Origin: Octopus vulgaris
Lineage: Eukaryota
Assembly (NCBI GenBank): GCA_951406725.2
Contig: OX597816.1
Span: 62,868,001 to 62,932,000, forward strand
Direction of reading: 5' to 3'
Length of the DNA: 64,000 bases
Shown: positions 15,253-27,864 of the stretch, piece by piece
How positions within the stretch are numbered: position 1 is the first letter of the stretch
How the letters are laid out: every line of letters starts with the position of its first letter
The notes under the pieces: generated by a model
The model's input: the letters and a program-made list of their open reading frames with translations, nothing else
Told to the model about the DNA's origin: nothing
Database searches by the model: none
Position numbers and translations under genes: made by a program

Positions 15253-15641
15253 GCATGTATATGTGTGTATGTGTGTGTATGTGTGTGAGTATTTGCTTCA
15301 TTTGTACCTAAGAAATACATCATTCTAAACCAAACCAGCATCACGTTTTAACCTACGATTAATATTATAAAAATATTTATACTTTGGGATTTGTTTATCT
15401 CAACTATCAATTATTCCTGAGATATCTCTCCAAGGTGTTAATCTACAATGAAAACAAACCCTTGTTTGCATTCGCGTACGTTATAGGTTATAAGCCGATC
15501 TAATCAGTGAGTTTTTCTGCGTTTTCTCCCTTGTTACAGCTTTTGTTTTTCATTTTGTTTCTGTTTGCCCGATAGAAAAATAAGTACATTTGTGAGCATG
15601 AGTGTGTGCGTGGGTGTGTATGTGTGTGTGTGTGTATGTGC

Positions 15642-15682
<41 letters not shown>

Positions 15683-15820
15683 TATGTGTGTGTATGAGGA
15701 GAGAGTGACAAACAAATAAAGAGCGTATATTATGTGTAAGTATACATAAACAGTATACGGAGTTTTTATAGCTTATAAGCATTAGCGACCTAGTTCGATG
15801 CTGATCTGGCACATAAAATA

Positions 15821-16305
15821 TTGGGTTGTCCGGAAAGTTCGTGCCGATTTATGGTAGCTTACTTTTCGACTTATTTTAAAACATGGTTGAGTCCATAAAA
15901 TAGGTTTTGACTACACCTCCATTTAGAGTACAGTTTAAGCTATCTTTTCGTGGAAGAAGGTTTATGTTCCTATAACCTGTGTTAATTATGTAACCTTTTA
16001 AAATGGAAGATAAGAAAGTTCATTCTCTGCACTTGATGATTTGGGAACCAGACAATAATTGCTGCAGCTCGGCTGGGATGTGTTACCCCACCCTCCATAT
16101 TCACCAGATTGGGCTCCTTTGGATTTCCGCCTAATCAGGTCTCTGCACAATAGTCTTAGTGGTAAAAATTTCAATTCCTTGGATTGGATGACGTAAAAAG
16201 ATACCTTGATGAATTCTTTGCTATGAAACCACCTCAATTCTGGGAAGAGGGTATTTTCAAGTTAAAGGAAAGAGGGAGACGCATTGTGCAACAAAATGGT
16301 TCATT
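15821..16305 (+). mobile_element. Internally deleted mariner (Tc1/mariner) element
   Basis: TA followed by ttgggttgtccggaaagttcg TIR-like start; N-terminal MEDKKVH.. at 16003 joined to C-terminal WDVLPHPPYSPD..AP.DF..RSL.NSL...DEFFAMKPPQFWEEGIFKL (YSPDLAP motif). Confidence 0.85.
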
Positions 16306-16493
16306 ATTGTGGATTATCAGGTCTCTCTCCATTGACATTCTGTTTACTTTCTGTTAACGGCACTACTTTCTGTTCTTGCGTACGTATGTATGATGTGCAT
16401 ATATGTATGAATGCATGTATAGCAGGCAACCCTTGACTGCAGATACTGTTATATATATATATATACACACCACGCACACAAGCACACACACAC

Positions 16494-16537
<44 letters not shown>

Positions 16538-16539
<2 letters not shown>

Positions 16540-17045
16540 GAGCAAAACGTCCGCCGTCCAATGGACGGTTCTGAATCATATCTGCTGAATAAAAAGCAAT
16601 CAGTGTATTCTTTTCATTAAAAAATAATTAAGCATGCCTTTATTTCAATAAAATTTTTGTTTTGTTAAGGCAAAAAAAAACTTCTTGAGAAACCAAATAG
16701 TCTTTCCATCCTTCGTGCCAAGTTTGAAGAAAATATCTCTTTTGCATCTTAGTTTTTTCGTCTTTTAAACATACTACATTTTGTGGCATTATTTCAAGCC
16801 AGCCGGCTTTTTTTTTGTGCAAACTGCACGTGTATTTTTCTCGCGTACGCGTAGTATCGATCGCAACAGCTGATTTACTTGCGCGTACAAATGCACGTTC
16901 CCACGGCTTTATTGATCCAAACCTGGAATCGACTTTTGTCATTTTTTAAAGACTTATACGTTTCCTTTATACCGTCGGTATCTACATATCAAATTTGACC
17001 GCAATCTGATGGAGGATGCTCGAGATTCTAGAAGACACGCACACA
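16538..17045 (-). mobile_element. Non-autonomous Helitron-like element, copy 2
   Basis: Reverse complement of 8947-9468 including the hairpin at 16554-16568 and a ...gctcgt end. Confidence 0.6.
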
Positions 17046-17062
17046 CACAGAAAGGATTTTAC

Positions 17063-17131
<69 letters not shown>

Positions 17132-17336
17132 ATATATAAAAAGAAAAATGAAAAAATACAGATTTCTTTTACAGAATTTAAGAGTATATTAGAGCCATAA
17201 TAATAAAGATATACATTTTTGTACAAAATAAGGTTTTGTTCTCCCAACATAATTGAAGCAAGGACCGGTTTTGCATTGCTCATCAAACAAAGGGTTGAGA
17301 GAGATATTTTGGTACGGGGAAATATTCTCTGCCTTA

Positions 17337-17393
<57 letters not shown>

Positions 17394-17709
17394 TTATGTC
17401 CGTAGAGAGAGACACAGGTTTGTGTGTGTGTATATATATGTGTGTGTATGTGTATATATATATATATATATACTTTTTTCTTTTACTTATTTCAGTAAGT
17501 TGACTGTGGTCATGCTGAAGTGCCCCTTGAGGGGTTTTCGTAAAAGAAGAATTGACTCCATGATTAATTTTATAAATCTAGTACGTATTCTATCAGTCTT
17601 TTCTGCTGAACCGCTAAGTTACGGCGACGTAAACAGCAACACCAGTTGTCAAGGGGTGATGGGGGACGAACACACACACAAAGACGCACACACACACTTA
17701 TACACACCT

Positions 17710-17740
<31 letters not shown>

Positions 17741-17756
17741 TATATATATATATATA

Positions 17757-18182
17757 AAATAAATATAAGAGAGTGGTCACTATATTGCTCACTCTAGCAC
17801 CAGTTAATCCAAAAGGTTTCAACCACGAAAATACATGTCTCCCATGAAAGTCAGTACGACTGTTAGCTCACACGGACAGGGCAAATAAAAAATAACAAAA
17901 ATACAGATTATTTTGGGACAATTGTTTCGCTATTAATGAATTAAATGTAATATTACTTACAAAAATCCATTTGTAGCTCGTCAGCCAAGACTATCTGGAT
18001 GAAATCCACTCAATCACACGCCAGATTTTACCATAACGATAAATACGCGTGTGGTTCAATTGATTACATCCGACGTTATAATTCAAATGCCCCAACCAAC
18101 AGCGCGCCAAACTTTCACGGAAAACAAATACAGCATTTAGAAATAAATGCAGCATAATTATAATTAATTAATAAGGGTGAGA
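17757..18182 (-). mobile_element. About 425-bp non-coding, (TA)n-flanked, hammerhead-containing insertion (retrozyme- or PLE pLTR-like)
   Basis: Unique sequence bounded by (TA)n on both sides; contains an intact hammerhead core on the minus strand. Confidence 0.7.
17913..17988 (-). ncRNA. Type I hammerhead ribozyme
   Basis: Minus strand reads UUGG-CUGACGA-GCUA-(41-nt AU-rich loop)-UAGC-GAAA-CAAUUG-UC/CCAA: full core, stems I and II paired, palindromic stem III, GUC cleavage triplet. Confidence 0.85.
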
Positions 18183-18725
18183 TATATATATATATATGAG
18201 ACGTGCTTCTTTCAGTTTTCGTCTACCAAATCCAGTGTCACGGCTTTGGTCAGCCGGAGGCTATTGTAGGAAAACATGCCGGAGGTGCCACACAGTAGGA
18301 CTAAACCGAGAACCGTGTGGTTGGGAAGCAATCTTCTTACCACACTGCCACACAAGCATACACGTACATACAAGCATACACGTACATACAAGCATACAAA
18401 CATATTGACATACACACAGACACACACACACACACATACACACAAGCCTGTACATACACATACAGAGTTACATATGCGCATCTTACATTCTCCGATTAAT
18501 GTGTTAGCTCATGAATTCCAGTTCCAGATTGCAAGTGCTGTTTTAAAACCCATCTTATCTTGATGCTTAACGGGAAACTGGAGTAATTTTGCTATTTATA
18601 CACGCTGACATTTCTTTCGATATTCGCCCACTCCACCTTTGCTTCTACCCTCGTTCCACCCTCTTTCTCTATCGTCTTTATATTTTGTTATATCTTTTTG
18701 TGTAGATTGTCTTTACTATATATAT

Positions 18726-18769
<44 letters not shown>

Positions 18770-18929
18770 TCATCAGTGTTGTTTTATCGACTTTCCCTCG
18801 CGTCGGTCTTTCTTTTCTTTTTTTTCTTTTTTGATGGTAGCTTACGATAAACACTACTTAAGTGATAAAACATTTGAAATAAATGAAAATGAAAATGAAA
18901 AGAAAATGTGAGGGGGTTAGAGATTAACG

Positions 18930-19080
18930 TTTGGACAGCAATATGCTTAACAACATACGTATGTATGAATGTGTGTATGTACGTATATATGTATGCGCAC
19001 ACACGTCTATTGCAAATAAACATATATGCATGCATACACACACACACACACATATATATATATACATATACATATATATG

Positions 19081-19171
<91 letters not shown>

Positions 19172-19304
19172 CTACATATCTGTATGTATATATATATATA
19201 TATATATACACATATTTAGAGCGAGAGTTAAGCATATTATCGCCCAAACATTGTTCTACATTTCACTCTTTCGTGTGTAGATATATATATGTATATATAT
19301 ATAT

Positions 19305-19355
<51 letters not shown>

Positions 19356-19404
19356 TACATATATATATATATACATGTGTATATATATGTATGTATATAT
19401 ATAC

Positions 19405-19451
<47 letters not shown>

Positions 19452-19640
19452 CATGTGTATATATATGTGTGTATGTATATATATATATATATATATTTAT
19501 GTATGTATATTCATATATATATATATATATATATAGTGTGTATGTTTATATATACAGACATACATACATAATACGTACATACGTACATGCATGCATAAAT
19601 ACAAATATAGATACATCCATGCATACATGCATGCGTGTAC
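18930..19640. repeat. Compound (TA)n/(TG)n/(CA)n microsatellite
   Basis: Directly visible. Confidence 0.95.
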
Positions 19641-20019
19641 AGATAATAGAAGTATGACCTGACAACCTATCTTAGCTGTTTCAGTATTTATCGTATTGCA
19701 TCTGTTGTCAGAAATAAGTCAAAATCGAAAACATACAAAGTATTTATTTATATAGGTCAAAATGCGAAAGAAAATCAACATAAAAAAGAAAACAAACAAA
19801 TGTCAGCAATATCAAACAAAAATAAATTTTGAAAGAAAAAATATAATAAAAAATATACAACATGAAAAAATCTTCTTGATGGATATCAGGGAAAGCAATA
19901 TTTGACTTCAAAGGTATATTATAAAGTTTACTGTGTTTGTTTCAAAGATGCCCACAGTCAAAAACTAATAGGAAGGGATTATCTGCCTCACGACCTTGTG
20001 AACGCTTATGGATAGTGTC

Positions 20020-20294
20020 TGGCTGTGTGGTAAGAAGCTTCCTTCCCAATCACATGGTTCGGGGTTCAGTCCCACTGCATGGCACCTTCGGCAAATATCT
20101 TCTACCGTAGCCTCGGGCCGACCAAAGTGGATTTGGTAAACAGAAACTGAAAGATGCCCATCGTATGAATATATGTGTGTTTTTGTCTCTGTGTGTCCCC
20201 TGAGGTCACTTGACAGCCGTTGCTGGTGTGTTTACGGCCCTGTACCCTAGCGGCTCCGCAATGAACACCGATAAAAATTGTACCAGACTTAAAA

Positions 20295-20300
<6 letters not shown>
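20020..20300 (+). mobile_element. SINE family A copy (diverged)
   Basis: ggctgtgtggtaagaagctt...ggggttcagtccc head plus partial tail. Confidence 0.75.
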
Positions 20301-20352
<52 letters not shown>

Positions 20353-20442
20353 AGGCAAGTCTGGAATAAACAAAGCACACACACATACATACACACACAT
20401 TAATTTATATATATATATATATATATATAATATGAATATACT

Positions 20443-20599
20443 CTTTTACTAGTTTCAGTCATTTGACTGTGACCATGCTAGAGCACCGCCTTTAATCGAG
20501 CAAATTTACGGGGACGTAAACACACCACCATCGATTGTCAAGCGATGTTGGGGGGACAAACACAGACACACAAACATATACACACACATACATATATAC

Positions 20600-20680
<81 letters not shown>

Positions 20681-20845
20681 TACGACGGACTTCTTTCAGT
20701 TTCCGTCTACCAAATCCACTCACAGGGCTTTGGTCGGCCGGAGTCTATAGTAGAAGACACGTGCCCAAGTTGCCACGCAGTGGGACTGAACTCGGAACCA
20801 TGTGGTTGGAAAGCAAGCTACTTACCACACAGCTACTCCTACGCA
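20443..20845 (-). mobile_element. SINE family A copy
   Basis: Reverse-complement head ...cttaccacacagctactcctacgc and tail. Confidence 0.8.
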
Positions 20846-21308
20846 TATATATATATAACATACACCATACATTCACGCACGAATCTATATGTTTAAATGC
20901 ATACATATACATTGTGCAGATATCATGCATACGTATAAATTGAGTAGATAATTAAATGTATATATGAATTAATTAACGTGCTCTTCATATACTTTTTTCT
21001 CCATGACAGATTACTTAAGTTCTCATTACGTCAATTAGTGAAATTGATTTATAATTACATACTTTTATTCATAGCGTCAGTATACACATCGATTGACTTA
21101 TATATTATTTTTTTGTGTTGTCTTTTATCTGCTTCAGTCATTAGAATGCGGCCATGCTGGGGCACTGCCTTGCAGAACTGTTATTCGAATGACTTGACCC
21201 CCTGTACTTACCTTTATGCCTGCCAGTTATTCTACGGGACAGTGTTACCGTTTAGGAAATCGGCGTCTGACCAGGCAAGATGAATCTAGCACAAGGCTCG
21301 AGGTGAGA

Positions 21309-21354
21309 GTCACCGATGAGCATTGAGATAAATGCAAAATCACTGTGATCTGGT
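21309..21354 (+). ncRNA. Decayed type I hammerhead ribozyme
   Basis: GUCA-CCGAUGA-GCAUU..AAUGC-AAAA-UCAC-U-GUGA-UC-UGGU: stems II and III intact; two core substitutions (CUGA>CCGA, GAAA>AAAA). Confidence 0.55.
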
Positions 21355-21886
21355 AATGTCTATCCGCTGAGAGAGTTGCCTCCCTTTTCAGTCATTAGAA
21401 TAAGTGCTTCTTGTGGTTATGTGTTGTTTTAACTTGTATTTCTAGCAATACTGGCGCTGTCACTTTGAGAGAGAAAGAGAGGGAGAGACAATAAGAGATG
21501 TAGATTGATATATAGATATGAATATACATGCATAAAAATATGTATGAGTACTTATATATACGCACATGATTACATATATATATATATATATGTGTGTGTG
21601 TGTATAAATAAATATGTGTGCATGTGCAGATATATATACACACACATATACACATTTTTTTTATTCTTTTACTTGTTTCAAGCATTTAACAGTCGCCATG
21701 CTGGAGCACCGCCTTATATGGTATTTGCTTAGTCGAAGAAATCGATCCCAGGACTCATTCTTTGTAAACCTAGTACCTATTTTATCGGTCTTTTGCCGAA
21801 CCGCTACGCTACGGGGACGTAAACACACTAACATTGATTGTCAAGTGATGGCGGCGTGACAAACACAGATACAAGCACACATAAAG

Positions 21887-22170
<284 letters not shown>

Positions 22171-22174
22171 GTGT

Positions 22175-22419
22175 GGAGGCACGTGGCTTAGTGGTTAGGG
22201 TGTCAGCATCATGATCGTAAGATTGTGGTTTCGATTCCTGGACCGGGCGACGTGTTGTGTTCTTGAGCAAAACACTTCATTTCACGTTGCTCCAGTCCAC
22301 TCAGCTGGCAAAAATGAGTAACGCTGCGATGGACTGGCGTCCCGTCCAACCGGGAAACACATACGCTATTGAAACTGGGAAACCGGCCCCATGAGCCTGG
22401 CTAGGCTTTAAAAGGGCGC

Positions 22420-22450
<31 letters not shown>
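22175..22450 (+). mobile_element. tRNA-derived SINE family C with (ATT)n tail
   Basis: ggaggcacgtggcttagtggttaggg (A box), ggtttcgattcc (B box), CORE-like ttcttgagcaaaacacttcatttcacgttgctccag, (att)n tail. Confidence 0.8.
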
Positions 22451-22459
<9 letters not shown>

Positions 22460-23716
22460 TGTATATATATATATAATGGGTTTCTTTCAATTTTAGTCTA
22501 CCAAATCTACTCACAAGGCTTTGGTCGGCCCTAGGCTATATTCAGAAGGCACCTGCCTAAGCTGCTACGCAGTATGACTGAACCCGGAACCATGTCATTG
22601 GGAAGTAAGTTTCTTACCTCACAGTCACGCATAATTGTATAAAAACAGTTAAACAATAAATTAATCATCTTTCGAAGAAACTATCACACTTCGTTAAAGC
22701 AAGACATACATGCATACATAAATATATAGATAGAAATCGTTTTTTTTTACATATTTATGCCATTGTTATAGCTTCTTTATAATATATTTTCTGTTTCACT
22801 GTCACTTAATTGGTAAGACTTATAACTAAACTGTTTAAAACGTTGTTAATTTGAAGTAATTACTGTTTCTTAATTAACGAAACACTACAATATTTTTCTG
22901 TTGCTGATATTTCTTTTATAATCCATTTTTGAACTTTACTTATCTATTCGATATAGATAAGTTCAATTCCTGGTCTCGTACTGGTTGATAAAACTCTAAC
23001 CTCACTCACCATAGTAAAAATGTATTTATTGTCATGTATAAATGATTTAATAATTGTTTCCGATGTTGACACAAGTGGAGCAATTCTGAAGACGTGTGGC
23101 CTTGTGGTTTGTGTGTCACACTTACGATCGCTCGATCGCGGTTTCGAATCCCGAGCGAGGGGCAAGTCGTGGTTTTAAGCAAAACACTTCATTTCGCGTC
23201 ACTTTGAAAGTGGAAGGGTGGCAGAAATGCTTTAGGCTCTCTACATTCTGAGTTCAAATCCCACCAACCCGGAGAAGGCATCGTGAAACAACTCCAGTAC
23301 TCATCTCAAGTGTAACCATGGTAGCCGAATTTCCAGTAGACTACTCAACTGTTCAACGGGGATGAACATTTTGCCTTTCATCCATTAGTATCAGTTGAGT
23401 GCTGGGGTCGATGTCATCGACATAATTCCTCTACAGCAAAATTGCTGGCCGTGTGCTAAAATTTGAAACCGCTATTTATCTACTTTGATTTCCACCGCTG
23501 GAAACAATTTATTTTATATCACTTTGAGTTTCTAAAATTCGTGGTAAGAAGTTACGTCCTCGTAACTTAGCGACTCGGCAAAAGAAACCGATAGAATAAT
23601 TTCCGGTTCAAAAGAAAAATAATTACTGAGGTCGAAGGGTTCGACTAAAATTCTTCAAGGCGGTACCCCAGCATGGCCGCAGTCTGACTGAAATAAGACA
23701 AAATAAAGATAAACAA

Positions 23717-23883
23717 GGTGCAGGCGAGGGTGTGTGGGAAGAAGCTTGCTTTCCAACCTCATGGTTCCGGGTTCAGTCCCACTACATGGAACCTCGTGCA
23801 AGTGTCTTCTACCATAGCCTCGGGTGGACCTAAGCTATGTGAGTGGATTTGGTAGACAGAAACTGAAAGAAGCTCGTCGTATA

Positions 23884-23950
<67 letters not shown>

Positions 23951-24170
23951 TATTCATGTGTATGTCTGTGTTTGTCCCCATAACATATCTTGACAGCCGA
24001 TGTTGGTGTGTTTACGGTCCTGTAACTTAAAAGTTCTGCAAAAGAGACTGATAAAATAAGTACTAGGCTTTCAAAGAGTAAGTCCTGGGATGATTTGTTT
24101 GACTAAAAGTCGGTGCTCCAGCATGACCGTAGTCAAATAACTGAAACAAATAAAAGAAACGAAAGAAAAG
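23717..24170 (+). mobile_element. SINE family A copy
   Basis: Head, (TG)n and tail all present. Confidence 0.8.
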
Positions 24171-24377
24171 CATGCAATGTTCGTTAGTAAGATGAAGCTT
24201 TTAAAATGGATGGGGAAAATTCGATGTGTTACTATAGTATCATGGTAGCAGGTTTCTCATTTTCACACAAGTTGTGGGTTCGTGTCCCACTGGCAGTTTT
24301 CGACTATTTTCCATCTATGCGGATTTCCAACCCATTATTCTACAAACTATTATTAATATCTTTATTAAGGATGTGTG

Positions 24378-24638
24378 CTAGCAGACACGTTAGCACGCCG
24401 GGCGAAATGCTTAGCAGTATATCGTCTGTCTTTACATTCCTAGTTCAAATTCCACCGAGATCAACTTTGCCTTTCATCCTTTCGTGGTCGATAAATTAAG
24501 TGCCATTGAAGCACTGGGGTCGATGTAATCGACTAGTCCCTTCCTCCAAAATTTCAGGCCTTGTGCCTATAATAGAAAGGTTTATTAATATTTTTATTAA
24601 GGCGGCAAGCTGGCAAAATCGTTAGCACGCTGGACGAA
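24378..24638 (+). mobile_element. SINE family B copy followed by the head of a second copy
   Basis: Matches 2773-3010; the second head ggcggcaagctggcaaaatcgttagc is cut at about 24638. Confidence 0.75.
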
Positions 24639-24820
24639 GGAGTCGTGTTTTTTTGTGACCAAGTTGTTCAACTGGATTTATTTACCTGTCGAAGGTCTTC
24701 CGTGAGGGCGAATCCTATTGTTAAGCATTATTGTTGAATTTTTGAATTATTTGTTACTGTTCTTTTGTCAGTATATTATATTTGTTTTCATCCCCATTTG
24801 TGGGTGAAGTAAGAGAAAGA

Positions 24821-25990
24821 ATGGACAGTGAACCAGTATCAGCCGGAAGCTATGCTGCAGCAACTGGAATGAGTTTAACAGCGGATGTGTTGCAGGTGCG
24901 AGAAATTAAAATGGATCACAGGAGGTTGAAATAATTCAACAAACTCTTGGAAAAGGATGGTACCAACCTAAAGTTAATACCACCAGAAGGATTTACAGCA
25001 AATATAATGAAGCGGACAGTGGTATAGAGAACACTGTCCCTGAAGTCAAAGAAAATTGAAATAGCCTTAGTGGAGGCTATAGAAGAATGCTTAAAAGAGG
25101 TGAAGAGCTTCATATTTTATACAAGAGGGAAGAACTACGGCACAGTGGAGATGAGATTCGCCAATGAGCAAGAACCGATGAACCACTCCACTGTGGCGCT
25201 GAGAACACCAGAGTGGGTACTTCGTCCGGCCTACTGTGGGAAACGTGTGGCCAGAGTAAGGATCGGCAGAGTGCCCCCTGAGATCGAAGAAGAGTGGCTG
25301 GTGGCAGCCATCCTTTTCAATATGGAAGAAAAAGTAAAGATACTAAACGTAATAAAAACGAGTGAGATGAACTGATGGGAATATGGACTGGAGGTGTCGA
25401 TCCAGGTCAGTTTGCCGGACCTTCATAACATAGCAGAGGAGGTGAAACTCCTAGAAGATATGAATTTGAGAGTGGTGGTGGAGGGAAAACATCGAAACTG
25501 CTACAAGTGTGGAGTACGGGGACACATGAAGGCAATGTGTCCCCAGAAACACAACGACGATGTAATAGAACAAGATCAACAGAGCGAGAAGGAACAAAAC
25601 GACGAAGAGCAAGATCCAGTATGTGAAAAGTGTTCAGAAAATGCGGAGGAACAGTTGATGGTGGTGAAGAGAAAGAAGAAGAGGGAAGGAAGTGTGGACT
25701 CACCACCAAAGAATCCACTAAGGAAAAGAAAGTACTGAAGAAAGCCCAGCAACATCGAAGAGAACCAGCGCGGAGGAGCAGGTGAAATTGCAGAAGAGAA
25801 AAGAAGTAAGACAGAAGATGCCAGCAGCATCGAGAGAGGTCAGGACGGAAGAGCAGACGGGACTGCACAAACAACGAAATGAGAGTGAGGCACGTCGGAA
25901 GATGCCAGCAGCATCGAAGGATGTTCAAATGGGAAAACAAGTGGGATTGCAAAAACCAACAGACATAAAACAAGTACCAACAACAACGAA
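24821..25990 (+). pseudogene. Disrupted LINE ORF1-like (gag-like) gene with CCHC zinc knuckle, L1/Tx1-like
   Basis: Fragments YGTVEMRF..RVRIGRVPPEIEEEWL (RRM-like) and LRVVVEGKHRNCYKCGVRGHMKAMC (CX2CX4HX4C) followed by a charged tail; stops and frameshifts. Confidence 0.75.
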
Positions 25991-26019
25991 TTCACACTTC
26001 ACTTTTGAACGTTTTCGTG

Positions 26020-26705
26020 ACCCAGCTTGATGAAACGATGGATGTTTCCAGCTTAGTTCAACTTTGCATCTATGTATTTATGTACATAACACTCATCAGG
26101 AGGACGAATTCCTGTTTTGCGAAACACTCGACACGAAAACAACCGCAAGGGAAATATTTGAAAAAGTGGAAAAGTTTTTGAGGCACATGGTGTCAAGTGG
26201 GAGCATGTTATTGGCGTGTGCACTGACGGCGCCTCGACGATACTTGAATGCCGTTCTGGTTTTCAGACTGCGGCGAAAGAAAAATCCCAAGGTACTTTTG
26301 GTACACACTGCACAATTTATCGACAAGCACTAGATACCATGCCTCATGAGTTAACGGATGATCTGAATTATCTGTTTACAGCGGTGAACTTCATCAAAGT
26401 AAACGCACTCAACTCTCGTCTGTTTGCCGAGTTGTGCAAAGAAAGTGATTCTGAATTCAAAACGTTTGTGTTGCACGCACAATTGAGATGGATTTCGAGA
26501 GGAGAAACAATGAAAAGGTCTTCCTTCTGCGAAACGAAGTCCACGATTTTTTACAAGACGCCAAACCAGATTTGCCCGCCAAATTCTCCTATGTTCGTTT
26601 TCTGATCTGCTTGGAATTTTGGTGGCCATATTTGAGTCATTGAATGCCGTCAATTTTTCACTGCAAGGGAAAGACAGAACCATGTTTCATTCTCGTGAGA
26701 AACTT
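26020..26705 (+). pseudogene. hAT (Buster/Charlie-type) transposase fragment
   Basis: QLDETMDVS, EFLFCETL..KTTAREIF, CTDGA, THCTIYRQAL, VNFIK..ALNSRLF.ELC, H...RW.SRG are ZBED8/SCAND3-like hAT motifs; frameshifted. Confidence 0.85.
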
Positions 26706-27264
26706 ATGAGCCAGGCGTGGCTCGAGAAGGAACAAATAAACACTTTATACACACACGCGCACAAGCACGTACACATTCGCATGCATATACACGCACATAT
26801 ATACGCACAAATTCCGGCCACCAATTGCCACTTTCAAGATATTGACCAACACTTACTATTGAACACTAGCATTGAAAAATGTCAGTTTACTGTAAGATTC
26901 CTTTCCCAATGTGAAAACCATTTGGGTTCAACCAATGTCTTTTTCTATTCGCAGTAAAAAAAAATGCAGAAACCGTCGATGCTAAAATCTAGCAGTGAAA
27001 CATACTGAATGTTCACCTGCTGAACATGTCGATAAGATACAGGAAAGACACAGCGGTAGGCCAGGTAACAAGGTTAACAAAGAAACACCTGATACCATAC
27101 AGAAACTAATTAAGATTGCACTTGAAGTCCAGGTGTGCATGTATAATTGTTTTTCAAATACAATACAATAGAACCTTGTTTTTTTTCCTGTGGATCTCTC
27201 TCTTTCTCTCTCTCTTTCTTTCTGTCTTTCTTTCTCACAAATTGTCTGATCAAATAAGCATATG

Positions 27265-27344
<80 letters not shown>

Positions 27345-27422
27345 CGTGTGCGTGTATGTACATATATATGTGTGTGAGTTCGTATGTGTGTTAGCTATGT
27401 ATATATTTATAAATAAAATCAT

Positions 27423-27467
<45 letters not shown>

Positions 27468-27864
27468 TGTATGGATATGTACGAATATATGTATACTTAC
27501 AATATACACGTTCCTTTTTTTGCTGTTGATTCCATTTTTTCTCAATCTAATTATAGAAGTATACATATGCATGCACGCACTCTCCCTCTTTCTCTCTCAC
27601 ACACAGACACAAACACACACGCGCGCGCGCGCACGCACGCACAAGTGTATATAACTAGAGAGAATAATTAGGAAATATAACTATTTTATCTGAATTAGAA
27701 CAAAAAACTATTGCTGTTAATAGAAATGCACGCGTATGTTATTAGTGATAAGTTGGAGAGAAGTGGAAAGCTAAATGAGAGGTGTTTATATCAAGTAATC
27801 TCAGCGCCATTGTCAAAGCCTTATACTTCACGAGGCGGGAATAGCAAGCTGGGTATTATACAAA

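Larger units (their letters stand above)
17477..18350 (-). mobile_element. SINE family A interrupted in its microsatellite by a hammerhead-bearing insertion
   Basis: SINE tail at 17477-17690 and head at 18198-18350 flank the insert at 17757-18182. Confidence 0.75.

Noticed and set aside
19668-19705. Very degenerate hammerhead-like string on the minus strand (cagatgc..tact-gaaa-cagct)
   Set aside because: Too many core and stem mismatches to distinguish from chance.
22175-22250. tRNA-like heads as functional tRNA genes
   Set aside because: They continue into SINE bodies and tails and lack a complete cloverleaf.
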